A stretch of 32,000 nt of DNA, taken from contig CAZYLT010000011.1 in the NCBI GenBank assembly GCA_964648855.1, forward strand, positions 60,001 to 92,000, given 5' to 3'. The translations under genes and the position numbers were made by a program. The stretch is from an uncultured archaeon (GTDB taxonomy: Archaea > Asgardarchaeota > Thorarchaeia > Thorarchaeales > Thorarchaeaceae). Shown one piece after another: positions 18,820 to 27,363 of the stretch. Below the pieces are notes generated by a model. That model had not been told where the DNA came from and made no database searches. It saw only the letters and a list, made by a program, of their open reading frames with translations. Positions within the stretch are counted from its first letter, which is position 1, and each line of letters begins with the position of its first letter.

Positions 18820-19212
18820 ATGGATCGAACGAAATATTACAGATTGATGTACTTAGTTGCAGCCATTTGGAATTGGGTGCTTGCCATTACCTTTCTGATT
18901 CTACCTCGAATTAACATAAACTACTTCTCACTTGCAGGCGACACCATTCCTCCAACACTCCTATGGTTTGATTGCTTCATGGGGCTTGTCTTTGCCTTCG
19001 GAATTGGATTCTATCTTATCAGCGTGAACCCTCAGAAGAACCATGGACTAGTTCAAATTGCTGCCTTCGAGAAGGTCTGGGTGTTTGTAATCGGATTCTC
19101 ATACTTCTTGATAGGAGAAGCATCTCTTCTTTTGGTTGGAGTGGTTGTTGGCGATTTGATATTCGGTCTTCTCTTCATAGATCATCTATTGGCTACACGT
19201 AGAGCATCTTAG
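18820..19212 (+). CDS. Hypothetical 4-TM membrane protein
   Basis: ATG 18820 after GTGATT; four hydrophobic segments. Confidence 0.7.
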   Translation: MDRTKYYRLMYLVAAIWNWVLAITFLILPRININYFSLAGDTIPPTLLWFDCFMGLVFAFGIGFYLISVNPQKNHGLVQIAAFEKVWVFVIGFSYFLIGEASLLLVGVVVGDLIFGLLFIDHLLATRRAS

Positions 19213-19319
19213 AAGGGATAAGAAACTTATAGGGACGGAACGAATATGAATCACAGAAAAATCTGACATCTGTTCTCTTTTCTCCGGAATCGCAGGTAAA
19301 TGGCGGTAGGTCACAAACA

Positions 19320-19535
19320 ATGGTATTCGTGCCGGAAACGGTGGTAGAATTGCTAATTGAAAGAGCCAGAAACTCATCGGAAATCAGTAGACTGGCTCAA
19401 GATATTTCCTATGCTCAAGACCGAATGGATGACTCTGAGGCAATGTTGTCAGATGTTCAGAGTCCCCTCTCAACATGGGATAGAATCAAGGTCTTTGACA
19501 AAACGACTGAGGAGATTCAAGAAGAAGCTGTTTAG
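19320..19535 (+). CDS. Hypothetical small acidic protein
   Basis: 71 aa, AGGT upstream, fills the intergenic space; no motif recognised. Confidence 0.45.
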   Translation: MVFVPETVVELLIERARNSSEISRLAQDISYAQDRMDDSEAMLSDVQSPLSTWDRIKVFDKTTEEIQEEAV

Positions 19536-19583
19536 TTCCTTCTAGCAGCAGTAAACTCATTGAACTCTGCGTGGGAATGTCTG

Positions 19584-20822
19584 CTATGTCGGGAGACTTT
19601 CATTTCCTTTTTTCCGCTTTTCCTCTTCACCTAACTTGCTTCTCGAAACTGGAATCAATGCCAAGAGGGGTAGTGATATCAAGGAGAAGAAGAATGGATT
19701 CAGATTATCCATATTCTCCTCGGCGCCGACCGATGTAGCTACAATCCCGCCGATGACCGAAAAGAAGCCGGAAAAGGACCTTGCACTCTCAACAATTCCT
19801 TGTGCTTCTCCTCTCCGTGTTTCTTCGGAATGTCCTGCGGCAAGTGAGACCGAGGACACTGCAATCAACGGCCAAACAGGAAAGATCCAAACGAGGGCAG
19901 CGGTTAGTGGATGATTAAGAATGCCAAGAAGGAAGAGTGCCACGTTTCCAAAGATGCCGAGTTTTAATGCAAATGAATCGCCGATACGGTCCGTAAGCTT
20001 TCCATATGCAAATGCCCCTATTGCCCCTGCCAGTCCACTCAAGGCTGAGATCACACCGATCCAGAAACTCTCTCGTCCGTAAATAATGTACATCTTGATC
20101 TGGAAAATCGGTAGGAAGACCCCTCTGCCCACGCTCACCAGCAGAATTGCCAGTGTGATGTATAGCAAGAGTGGTTTCATGTTTCTCAACCCCTCAATTA
20201 TGCCTCTTCTTGCTGGCTCTTCTGTTGTTACATCACTCTCTTGGAATATCACCTGAAAAACGACCATGGACAGAAGATGTATGCCTCCGGTGAATATGAA
20301 GATCCAATACAGAGGCACAATCTCCCAAAAATAGCCAATGATGAGAGCACCTATTCCCCATCCAGCCGAAGAAAAAAGAAAGAAAGACCCGATATTCGAT
20401 GCCCTGCCTTCTTCCTTAGACATGAGAGTGATTACTGCATTCCTGACAGGATTATACATTGACGTAAACAAGGCTGCGAGTGTATACATGAAGAGGATAA
20501 AGATGAGATTCAATAATCCAGGTTCTCCAACAAATTGCGTGAGAGCAAAGAGTACCGTAAAAATCGCCTGACCAAGAATGGAAATGACTAGCAGCTTCTT
20601 CTTTGATGAGAACACATCGCTAACCCATCCCCATACCCATGAGAGCAGGATGGCAGTCACTGCTACAAGGGTCCGGCACAGTGAGCTTGCAATGAATCCG
20701 TATAGGTCATAGACGTACAGAGGTATGAACGTGAAATAGAGTGAGTTGACAAGACCTGAAGTGAGCTGCATGGGAATGATTGCTGCCCCACTTCTAGTAA
20801 AGACAAGTGACTTCTCTTCCAT
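19584..20822 (-). CDS. MFS transporter
   Basis: WGWVSD and GKLTDRIG motif A copies; 12 TM; ATG 20822 after GAAGGGG. Confidence 0.85.
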   Translation of the reverse strand: MEEKSLVFTRSGAAIIPMQLTSGLVNSLYFTFIPLYVYDLYGFIASSLCRTLVAVTAILLSWVWGWVSDVFSSKKKLLVISILGQAIFTVLFALTQFVGEPGLLNLIFILFMYTLAALFTSMYNPVRNAVITLMSKEEGRASNIGSFFLFSSAGWGIGALIIGYFWEIVPLYWIFIFTGGIHLLSMVVFQVIFQESDVTTEEPARRGIIEGLRNMKPLLLYITLAILLVSVGRGVFLPIFQIKMYIIYGRESFWIGVISALSGLAGAIGAFAYGKLTDRIGDSFALKLGIFGNVALFLLGILNHPLTAALVWIFPVWPLIAVSSVSLAAGHSEETRRGEAQGIVESARSFSGFFSVIGGIVATSVGAEENMDNLNPFFFSLISLPLLALIPVSRSKLGEEEKRKKGNESLPT

Positions 20823-20955
20823 GTTCGCCCCTTCATGCAAGAATTAGCGTTTGCATTCCTCTTTTTAAGCGGACTGTTTTTGATACCATGTCTGTCAATT
20901 CTGGGCTTCCCATTTCTTCAAAATATATGCATTATCACAAACTTTATTATCGAAT

Positions 20956-20977
20956 GTGATATCGCTAACGATATCAC
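20956..20977. promoter_or_regulatory. Perfect palindrome GTGATATCG-CTAA-CGATATCAC, candidate PadR operator
   Basis: 9-bp inverted repeat ending 23 nt upstream of the PadR gene. Confidence 0.7.
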
Positions 20978-21000
20978 TAAAGACATAAGGTCGTTACAAC

Positions 21001-21753
21001 TTGCAGCCGAATTTGCGTGAAAGACTCAACGAAACCATTGAGCTCTTTCGAGAGAAGGGAGCTACGAATAAGGCAGACGCCCTGACCCTGGAAGATCTGG
21101 GCTTGCCAAAGATGTTCGAATATTTGATATCATCTCCCATGGCATCTAATCTACCCTTCATAGAAGAGGACGGGAAATACTACCTTGATGAGAAACATGC
21201 TGATGATATCCAAGAGGGCATGGTTTCAGGTATTCCGTTCACCAACTGGGTAAAGCAGACCGGAAGAGTCCCTCGGGGATACCTGCGTTATAGGGTATTG
21301 CTTATGCTAAGAGACAAGCCGATGGCTGGGTCTGAGATCTCAGATCAAATTGAGAGAGATACATCCGGACAATATAGACCCAGTCCGGGATCCATCTATC
21401 CGCTGCTTCAGCAGCTGAACGAACGAGGGATTATTGAAGAACTGCCACTGGTGGATGGGAAAAAGAGGTACAAACTTACGGAGTTTGGGCAGGCATTTCT
21501 TGATGAACAGACTGGAATGTTTGAACAGATGAGGAATCGACTCATATCTGGTCCAATCCCTGCTCCTCCATTCTTAGAGCTTCCAGATGATATTAAGTAT
21601 CTCAGCGAATCTGCCAGGCATCTCTTTAGGCGAATGATGGAGCTAGCAATAGAAATCTGTGAGAATCCAGACCCTGCATTGGCTAAAGAAGTAGACTTAC
21701 TCTTCAAGAAGACCACACAGAAACTGGATGAAATTCTAGAGCGCATAAGATGA
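21001..21753 (+). CDS. PadR family transcriptional regulator with extra N-terminal domain
   Basis: VPRGYLRYRVLLML..KPMAGSEI, RPSPGSIYPLLQQL, YKLTEFG. Confidence 0.88.
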   Translation: MQPNLRERLNETIELFREKGATNKADALTLEDLGLPKMFEYLISSPMASNLPFIEEDGKYYLDEKHADDIQEGMVSGIPFTNWVKQTGRVPRGYLRYRVLLMLRDKPMAGSEISDQIERDTSGQYRPSPGSIYPLLQQLNERGIIEELPLVDGKKRYKLTEFGQAFLDEQTGMFEQMRNRLISGPIPAPPFLELPDDIKYLSESARHLFRRMMELAIEICENPDPALAKEVDLLFKKTTQKLDEILERIR

Positions 21754-21793
21754 ACGGCTGCGAGTTGTGACCTGATCAAAGAGGTCGAAAGAA

Positions 21794-22477
21794 ATGAGTA
21801 CAGTACTGAATGTAAAGAACGTAGTAAAGACATATCGACTTGGGGAAGTTCCTGTTCAAGCTCTAAGAGGTATAAGTTTTGAATTGCATGAGGGAGAGTT
21901 TCTGGCCGTACTAGGGCCCTCAGGAAGTGGCAAGTCAACCCTTCTGAACATGGTTGGTGCCTTAGATAGGCCCACGACTGGGAATGTCATCATCGATGGC
22001 GTTGATATATCAGAGTTGGATGATAATGGACTGGCAGACCTGAGAAAGAATGTTGGCTTTGTATTTCAATTCTTTAATCTCATTCCACGATTAGACGCAC
22101 AAGGAAATGTGGAACTCCCCTTGATGATAGCTGGTGTTTCTCTAGATAAGAGACGAACACGGGCAAAAGTGGCATTGGAGAAGGTTGGGCTTGCTGACCG
22201 TAGGCACCACAAACCGTCGGAACTGAGTGGTGGAGAACGCCAACGGGTGACCATGGCTCGTGCCTTAGTAAACAATCCTAGCTTTCTGCTGATGGATGAA
22301 CCGACCGGCAACTTAGATTCAAAGACTGCAGCTGGTGTCATGGAGCTGGTTGCTGACTTGAACAGCAAAGAAAATGTGACTATCATCATGGTAACTCATG
22401 ACCCAGAAGCGAGTAAGTTTGCTCGCCGTACGGTTAGAATGCGTGATGGATTAATCATTTCAGATGAGGTGAATTAA
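21794..22477 (+). CDS. ABC transporter ATP-binding protein (LolD/MacB type)
   Basis: GPSGSGKST, GFVFQFFNL, LSGGERQRV, DEPTGNLD, VTHD. Confidence 0.95.
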   Translation: MSTVLNVKNVVKTYRLGEVPVQALRGISFELHEGEFLAVLGPSGSGKSTLLNMVGALDRPTTGNVIIDGVDISELDDNGLADLRKNVGFVFQFFNLIPRLDAQGNVELPLMIAGVSLDKRRTRAKVALEKVGLADRRHHKPSELSGGERQRVTMARALVNNPSFLLMDEPTGNLDSKTAAGVMELVADLNSKENVTIIMVTHDPEASKFARRTVRMRDGLIISDEVN

Positions 22478-22478
22478 G

Positions 22479-23741
22479 GTGAAAATACGTGACACATTAT
22501 CCTATTCATTTGGAGCTATCCGTCTTCGGAAACTGAGGTCAGGCCTCACGACTCTGGGAATTGTTATTGGCATAGGAGCGATTGTTGCCCTGCTCTCCTT
22601 CACACAAGGCTTTCAGGTCGCGATCTCAGGACAGTTCCAGGAGGGTCTCTCGACGGATGTTGTAACCGTGTCTTCTGGTTCAGGCGGCTTCTTTGGATTT
22701 GGTGACGACGACTCGGATTTTTCGCTCTATGCCAATGATACAAATCTCATCAATGAGGTCGATGGCGTTGTCACATCTTCTGCATCCGTATCAAAGACCG
22801 TCACTGCGGAGCTTGAAAGCATGGATAGAATACTCAGTCTGACAGGTGTGGACTTTGAGTCGTATGAGCAAACCTACTCGACATTTGTTGCAGCATATGG
22901 CAGTATTCCTGATAACCCGGCTGAAGATCAAGTCGTCGTTGGATATAGTTTCTATGACCCCTGGGGCAATGGTACTCATCCTGTTGAATTGGGCGACATA
23001 ATCAATGTTTACTATACTGTAAGAAATGGAACTCAATTAGTACCCATCAATAAGACATTGAGTGTTATTGGGATCTTAGAGGAAATCGGTGCCTTTGGTT
23101 TTGGCCCATCTGATAGTGGAATGTACGTACCGCTTGAAGCAGCTCTAGCCTATTTTGATACCGAAGAAGTGAGTCAAATAGCCGTGAAACTCGAGAACGA
23201 TGATGATGAGTTTATCGAGAGGGTTTCCGATGAAATAGAGGAATTGTTTCTCAACGAGGTGACAGTCACTTCAGCAACAGCATTGCTTAGTACAATCTCA
23301 ACTGCACTAGCAACCGTTGAACTTCTTCTTGCAGGAATAGGCGGCATCTCATTACTTGTCGCCGGAATTGGAATCATGAATATCATGATCGTTTCCCTCA
23401 TGGAGAGAACCCGCGAAATTGGCATTCTGAAAGCTCTTGGAGCAAAGAGTCGGTCTGTTCTTGGAATATTCCTTGGTGAGGCACTGATTATTGGGCTCAT
23501 TGGGGGAATTCTTGGTATTGGACTTGGTGCCTTTCTGGCAAATCTATTCGGTGGCGTCTTCGGCGGAGCTGGTGGTATGAGTGGTTCTCCTGCCGGTGCT
23601 ATAGGTATAACTCCAGTCGTAACACCTCTCTTGGGTTTTCAAGCGTTGATATTTGGGGTATTGGTAAGTGTGATATTTGCAATCTATCCTGCCCGACGTG
23701 CATCGAAACTTGAACCAGTTGATGCCCTACGATCTGAGTAA
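22479..23741 (+). CDS. ABC transporter permease (FtsX/MacB type)
   Basis: RSGLTTLGIVIG, ERTREIGILKALGA, PARRASKLEPVDALR. Confidence 0.95.
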   Translation: MKIRDTLSYSFGAIRLRKLRSGLTTLGIVIGIGAIVALLSFTQGFQVAISGQFQEGLSTDVVTVSSGSGGFFGFGDDDSDFSLYANDTNLINEVDGVVTSSASVSKTVTAELESMDRILSLTGVDFESYEQTYSTFVAAYGSIPDNPAEDQVVVGYSFYDPWGNGTHPVELGDIINVYYTVRNGTQLVPINKTLSVIGILEEIGAFGFGPSDSGMYVPLEAALAYFDTEEVSQIAVKLENDDDEFIERVSDEIEELFLNEVTVTSATALLSTISTALATVELLLAGIGGISLLVAGIGIMNIMIVSLMERTREIGILKALGAKSRSVLGIFLGEALIIGLIGGILGIGLGAFLANLFGGVFGGAGGMSGSPAGAIGITPVVTPLLGFQALIFGVLVSVIFAIYPARRASKLEPVDALRSE

Positions 23742-23750
23742 ACTCGCAGT

Positions 23751-23773
23751 CCCGAGGTTAGCCCTCGGGTTTT
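23751..23773 (+). terminator. Hairpin CCCGAGG-TTAGC-CCTCGGG followed by T-tract
   Basis: 7-bp stem 9 nt after the permease stop codon, followed by a T run. Confidence 0.7.
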
Positions 23774-23844
23774 CTCCCTGTTGTATTTGGCAGCCCACTG
23801 GTCGGAGAATAATATGGTTCCATCCATTTTGGTATTGAGGGGTA

Positions 23845-23940
23845 ATGAAAAAAAATCGAATACTTGTCCAAAGTGCGGCGGAACTAATTTGCAGAACGCC
23901 AATACCCTACGGGAGGTCGAAGTGTCCAGAATGTGGATAG
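23845..23940 (+). pseudogene. Possible frameshifted small CPxCG zinc-ribbon gene
   Basis: TCPKCGGTNL in one frame and SKCPECG in another, about 60 nt apart; A8 run after the ATG. Confidence 0.35.
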
Positions 23941-24089
23941 GATGTCGACCACTATGAGTGAAACCCTGAAGCCAACATAGTTGCATCAAATCTTGTGCTA
24001 CAACAATCGCCCTTGAGGTCAATCTCTTGGTCAGTTATGCATATTAGCATGAACCGATGGGTTTCTATTAAGCAACGTATGAATATGAA

Positions 24090-24428
24090 TTGGTGGATAT
24101 TATGACTATGGTTTCGTATAAGCTGTATTTGGAAGATTCCGGCGATGGATATGGGATGAAATTTGCTCTTGAAACTGGATACAACAAGCAACTAGTGAAG
24201 TCTATCAAGAGAATGGATTGGAAGCTTTCTCATAGGGGATGGGACCAATACAGTAAGGTATGGAGATTTGACATCAACGACTATGTGGTTGAGGAGCTGC
24301 GAATATTGGGCGTCGATGTCCCGGACCTTGAAAAGTGCAAGGCAGCTGAAAAAGCTCTGACTAGCGCTGAAAGTGACTTCTCTGACGATACATTCCCCAT
24401 AGAAGGCGAACTTGAGGTTTTCGAGTAG
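24090..24428 (+). CDS. Hypothetical protein with HARP-like motif
   Basis: GYNKQLVKSIK...WDQYSKVWRF pattern; start may be ATG 24102 or 24108. Confidence 0.55.
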   Translation: MVDIMTMVSYKLYLEDSGDGYGMKFALETGYNKQLVKSIKRMDWKLSHRGWDQYSKVWRFDINDYVVEELRILGVDVPDLEKCKAAEKALTSAESDFSDDTFPIEGELEVFE

Positions 24429-24603
24429 TTTTCTGGGATATTTGCATTTTACATACAGTATTCCTAGCTGACTAGGTTGTATCTCCGTTTCCCCAAAGAT
24501 ACCGGCGAATAGAACACCGCTTCTATCAAGAATCTATCAGGGTATGAAGAGATGCTCGAAGATGAGCAAGCCAAAATTCCGAATCACCCCAAGTGTATAA
24601 ATC

Positions 24604-24649
24604 TAAACTATAATAGTTAACAAATATCTTTATTAACTATAATGGTTTA
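24604..24649. promoter_or_regulatory. Paired palindromic boxes TAAACTATAATAGTTAA / TTAACTATAATGGTTTA
   Basis: Two copies of AACTAT-A-ATRGTT 29 bp apart, upstream of the DUF3307-like/SatD pair. Confidence 0.55.
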
Positions 24650-24694
24650 CTATTTAGGTGAAGAACAGGTATTGATGCTTCTGGATGTGGTGAA

Positions 24695-25186
24695 ATGAAA
24701 GATTCACAAAGACTTCTTGGTATATTGATGACTCTCTTCAGCATTCTCTTCATAGTTCTACTAAAGGTGTATCCCCTTGAGTTACTGCTTGCTCCGTTCT
24801 ACGTTATTCTCTTCAATTTTTTTCTGACTCTCTTTCTTCCTGGACTGATTATTGACTTGGTCTTTTCCTGGCTAGGAAGGGGCGCCAACAACAATATCTC
24901 TGAGATGTGTGGTGGTCTGCGATATGGAGGGTACCTCATCGGATACACAGAACGGGGTCTGATATACCTGGCATTTATGATAGCCTATTTTGAAGATACG
25001 ATATCCTTCGTGTCTGTACTGAGTTTTCTCTCAGTTATTGTCGCCGGGAAGGCAATCTTCAGGTATTCAAGTCGAGGAACTGATGATAGAGCCTGCGCAG
25101 ATTGGTATATTCTTGGCACATTGATGAGTATCACCATGGCTCTAGCATTAACATGGTTTGGTTTCAGATTTCTACTGGCAGGATGA
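24695..25186 (+). CDS. DUF3307-like membrane protein (C-terminal-half type)
   Basis: GYLIGYTERGLI, AGKAIFRY and DWYILGTLMS match the membrane proteins usually paired with SatD. Confidence 0.7.
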   Translation: MKDSQRLLGILMTLFSILFIVLLKVYPLELLLAPFYVILFNFFLTLFLPGLIIDLVFSWLGRGANNNISEMCGGLRYGGYLIGYTERGLIYLAFMIAYFEDTISFVSVLSFLSVIVAGKAIFRYSSRGTDDRACADWYILGTLMSITMALALTWFGFRFLLAG

Positions 25187-25193
25187 ATCTGCA

Positions 25194-25832
25194 ATGATTG
25201 CGACCATATTCGACATTGTTGCTTCGAAGGATTTAGGTCGCGAGAAACGGGCAGCAATGGACAAAAACCTTCGAGATATTTTGAATCAGGTCAATGACCG
25301 ATTCGGTGATTATTGTGTAGCCCGACCAGCTCTAACACAGGGAGATAGCATTGAGTTGCTTGTGGACAGCTGGCAGCCTATAGTATTCCTCGCTCACAAG
25401 CTTTTGATGAAAGGAATCGAGTTTCGTGTCGGCTTAGGAACCGGTAAAATCACCCTCAAGAAGGACATTGCTGATGAATGCGATGGGCCTGCTTTTTGGA
25501 ATGCCAGAGATGCACTTGATGAGGTCAAACAAATGAAATATATGTCCCGAGTCGCCGGGTTCAAGATTGATGACAAGTCCTCAAAAAATGAGGAAATGGA
25601 TGTAATTAATTCAGTTCTATTTCTCACGACACTGCTCAGTCAAACGACCACTCAACTTGAGCACTGCTACTACTATCTCTGGGAGGATAAGGGGCTCTCC
25701 GAGATCGCCGCCGTTACAGAGACCTCTACAGCTAATGTGAGCAAGTCTTTGAGCAAGACGCCGTGTTATCTTCTGGATAGGGTAATGAAGTATCTCAGTA
25801 ATCTGCCCAATAATATTTCCAAAACAGCGTGA
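25194..25832 (+). CDS. SatD family protein (nucleotide-cyclase-like fold plus C-terminal HTH)
   Basis: IFDIVAS, TQGDSI, RVGLGTG, DGPAFWNAR, C-terminal LSEIA..TETSTANVSKSL; ATG 25194. Confidence 0.8.
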   Translation: MIATIFDIVASKDLGREKRAAMDKNLRDILNQVNDRFGDYCVARPALTQGDSIELLVDSWQPIVFLAHKLLMKGIEFRVGLGTGKITLKKDIADECDGPAFWNARDALDEVKQMKYMSRVAGFKIDDKSSKNEEMDVINSVLFLTTLLSQTTTQLEHCYYYLWEDKGLSEIAAVTETSTANVSKSLSKTPCYLLDRVMKYLSNLPNNISKTA

Positions 25833-26177
25833 TGAACGCATCGATCGGCTCTCACAGGAGCATCAAATGACGACTATTATACGATACAGATGCTGTACTT
25901 CAGGCGAACATAGGCACTACTCTTGGTTGCTCTGATTCCGGGTGCTCCATGGCGTACCTCGCGGTTAGCTACATCAAAATATGGGGTTGAAAGTCAAAGA
26001 GAATTTATCTCAGACTTTTCTGCAACCGTGAAGACTCCTTGATTACCTGGGATTTGCAATATTGCTACGCCCAAAAATATCCACGTATTCTCCGATAGAG
26101 GGTAGTCATATACAGTTCTTGTGAGATTCCTGTCGCTTTTGCAGGAAGCTTTAAGTGAGTTGCAGATTGCTGCGGAG

Positions 26178-26379
26178 ATGGAGAAATTTACAGTGAGGAA
26201 TTGCGTTCATCCGAGGCGGTTGCGTTCATCGAAACCGTCCTACAAACTAGTCTAAGAGATGGAACTCCTCCTTCAGTGTTTTCTCCGAATACGTTTTGTT
26301 CCAGAGTTAGCGACTCAGTGAAGACTAGGTTCTACTGCTGCTCTGGTTCATGCTATTTTTCATCAATGTTGGTGATAGA
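26178..26379 (+). promoter_or_regulatory. his operon leader with 25-aa uORF (26178-26255) and alternative pairings
   Basis: BRE/TATA-like CAGGAAGC-TTTAAG at 26142-26155; ATG 28 nt from the TATA start; MEKFTVRNCVHPRRLRSSKPSYKLV. Confidence 0.35.
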
Positions 26380-27363
26380 ATGACAACTGTACGACTTGCT
26401 ATTCCAAATGGACACTTGAGTAAAGAGACGATGGATGCCTTTACCCGCGCAGGGTACAAGATCTCCGGACAAGAACGGACATACACACCTATCATCAACG
26501 ACCACCATATCGAAGTGAGAATACTCCGCCCTCAGGAGATCCCGATTTTTGTGGCAGAGGGCTTGCAGGATATCGGTGTGACCGGCATGGACTGGATCAA
26601 GGAGACCGACGCAGATGTGGAGGTCATCCTTGACCTAGAGTACTCTCGTGTGCGGATTGTGGTTGCAGTGCCAGAGGGGCTAAAAGAAGTCAACACTCTG
26701 GCAGAGCTTTTGAGAGAATTTGCTGACAGAGGCAGGCCACTGAAGATTTTCACCGAATACCTGTCCTTAACCGCTAAGGCATTGATTGAGAATCCGATGT
26801 ATAGGGACCTCTACGGTTCGATGAAGCCCACGATAGTGACGCCCTGGTGGAGGAGCGGCAGCAATCCTGATGTGGGAATCTACCTGTCCTTCGGCGCAAC
26901 AGAAGCAAAGCCCCCGACGTTGGCAGATGCCATAGTGGAGGTTGTTGACACTGGCACCTCCCTACAACAAAACAACCTGAAGATAATTGAAACTCTCTTG
27001 GATTCCACGGCAGTGCTTGTCGCCAATCCTGATTCGATAAGGAATCCAGCCAAACAGGAGAAGATCTGCGATGTCATGACACTCCTCGGCGGAGTTGTCG
27101 AGGCACGAGAGAAGCTGCACATCTTTGCAAATGTGGCATCAGAGAACCTAAAGGAACTGCTTGCTGAACTTCCTGCCCTTCAGAAGCCAACTATCAGTTC
27201 GTTGTCCGAGGGTGGATGGGTGGCGGTTAATACCGTGATTGACAGGGCACTGTTTCTCGAACTGGTTCCGACACTACGAAGACTAGCACAAGGACTTGTG
27301 GTGTATGAGCCACGGCAAGTGCTCCCACTAGATGATTTGAAGATTGAGGGGATGCCCCAATGA
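26380..27363 (+). CDS. hisG: ATP phosphoribosyltransferase, long form
   Basis: LRPQEIP, DIGVTGMDW, FTEY, SFGATE, EVVDTGTSLQQNNL, C-terminal LPALQKPT regulatory domain; GGTGA RBS before ATG 26380. Confidence 0.95.
   Translation: MTTVRLAIPNGHLSKETMDAFTRAGYKISGQERTYTPIINDHHIEVRILRPQEIPIFVAEGLQDIGVTGMDWIKETDADVEVILDLEYSRVRIVVAVPEGLKEVNTLAELLREFADRGRPLKIFTEYLSLTAKALIENPMYRDLYGSMKPTIVTPWWRSGSNPDVGIYLSFGATEAKPPTLADAIVEVVDTGTSLQQNNLKIIETLLDSTAVLVANPDSIRNPAKQEKICDVMTLLGGVVEAREKLHIFANVASENLKELLAELPALQKPTISSLSEGGWVAVNTVIDRALFLELVPTLRRLAQGLVVYEPRQVLPLDDLKIEGMPQ

Noticed and set aside
25833-26140. Possible pseudogene remnant on the minus strand
   Set aside because: Short broken frames with no identifiable family.
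25831-26230. GATGAACGCA at 25831 is the reverse complement of the TGCGTTCATC repeats at 26202/26221 (MITE or invertible segment?)
   Set aside because: Only 10 bp with no extension, no target-site duplication and no recombinase nearby; compatible with chance.
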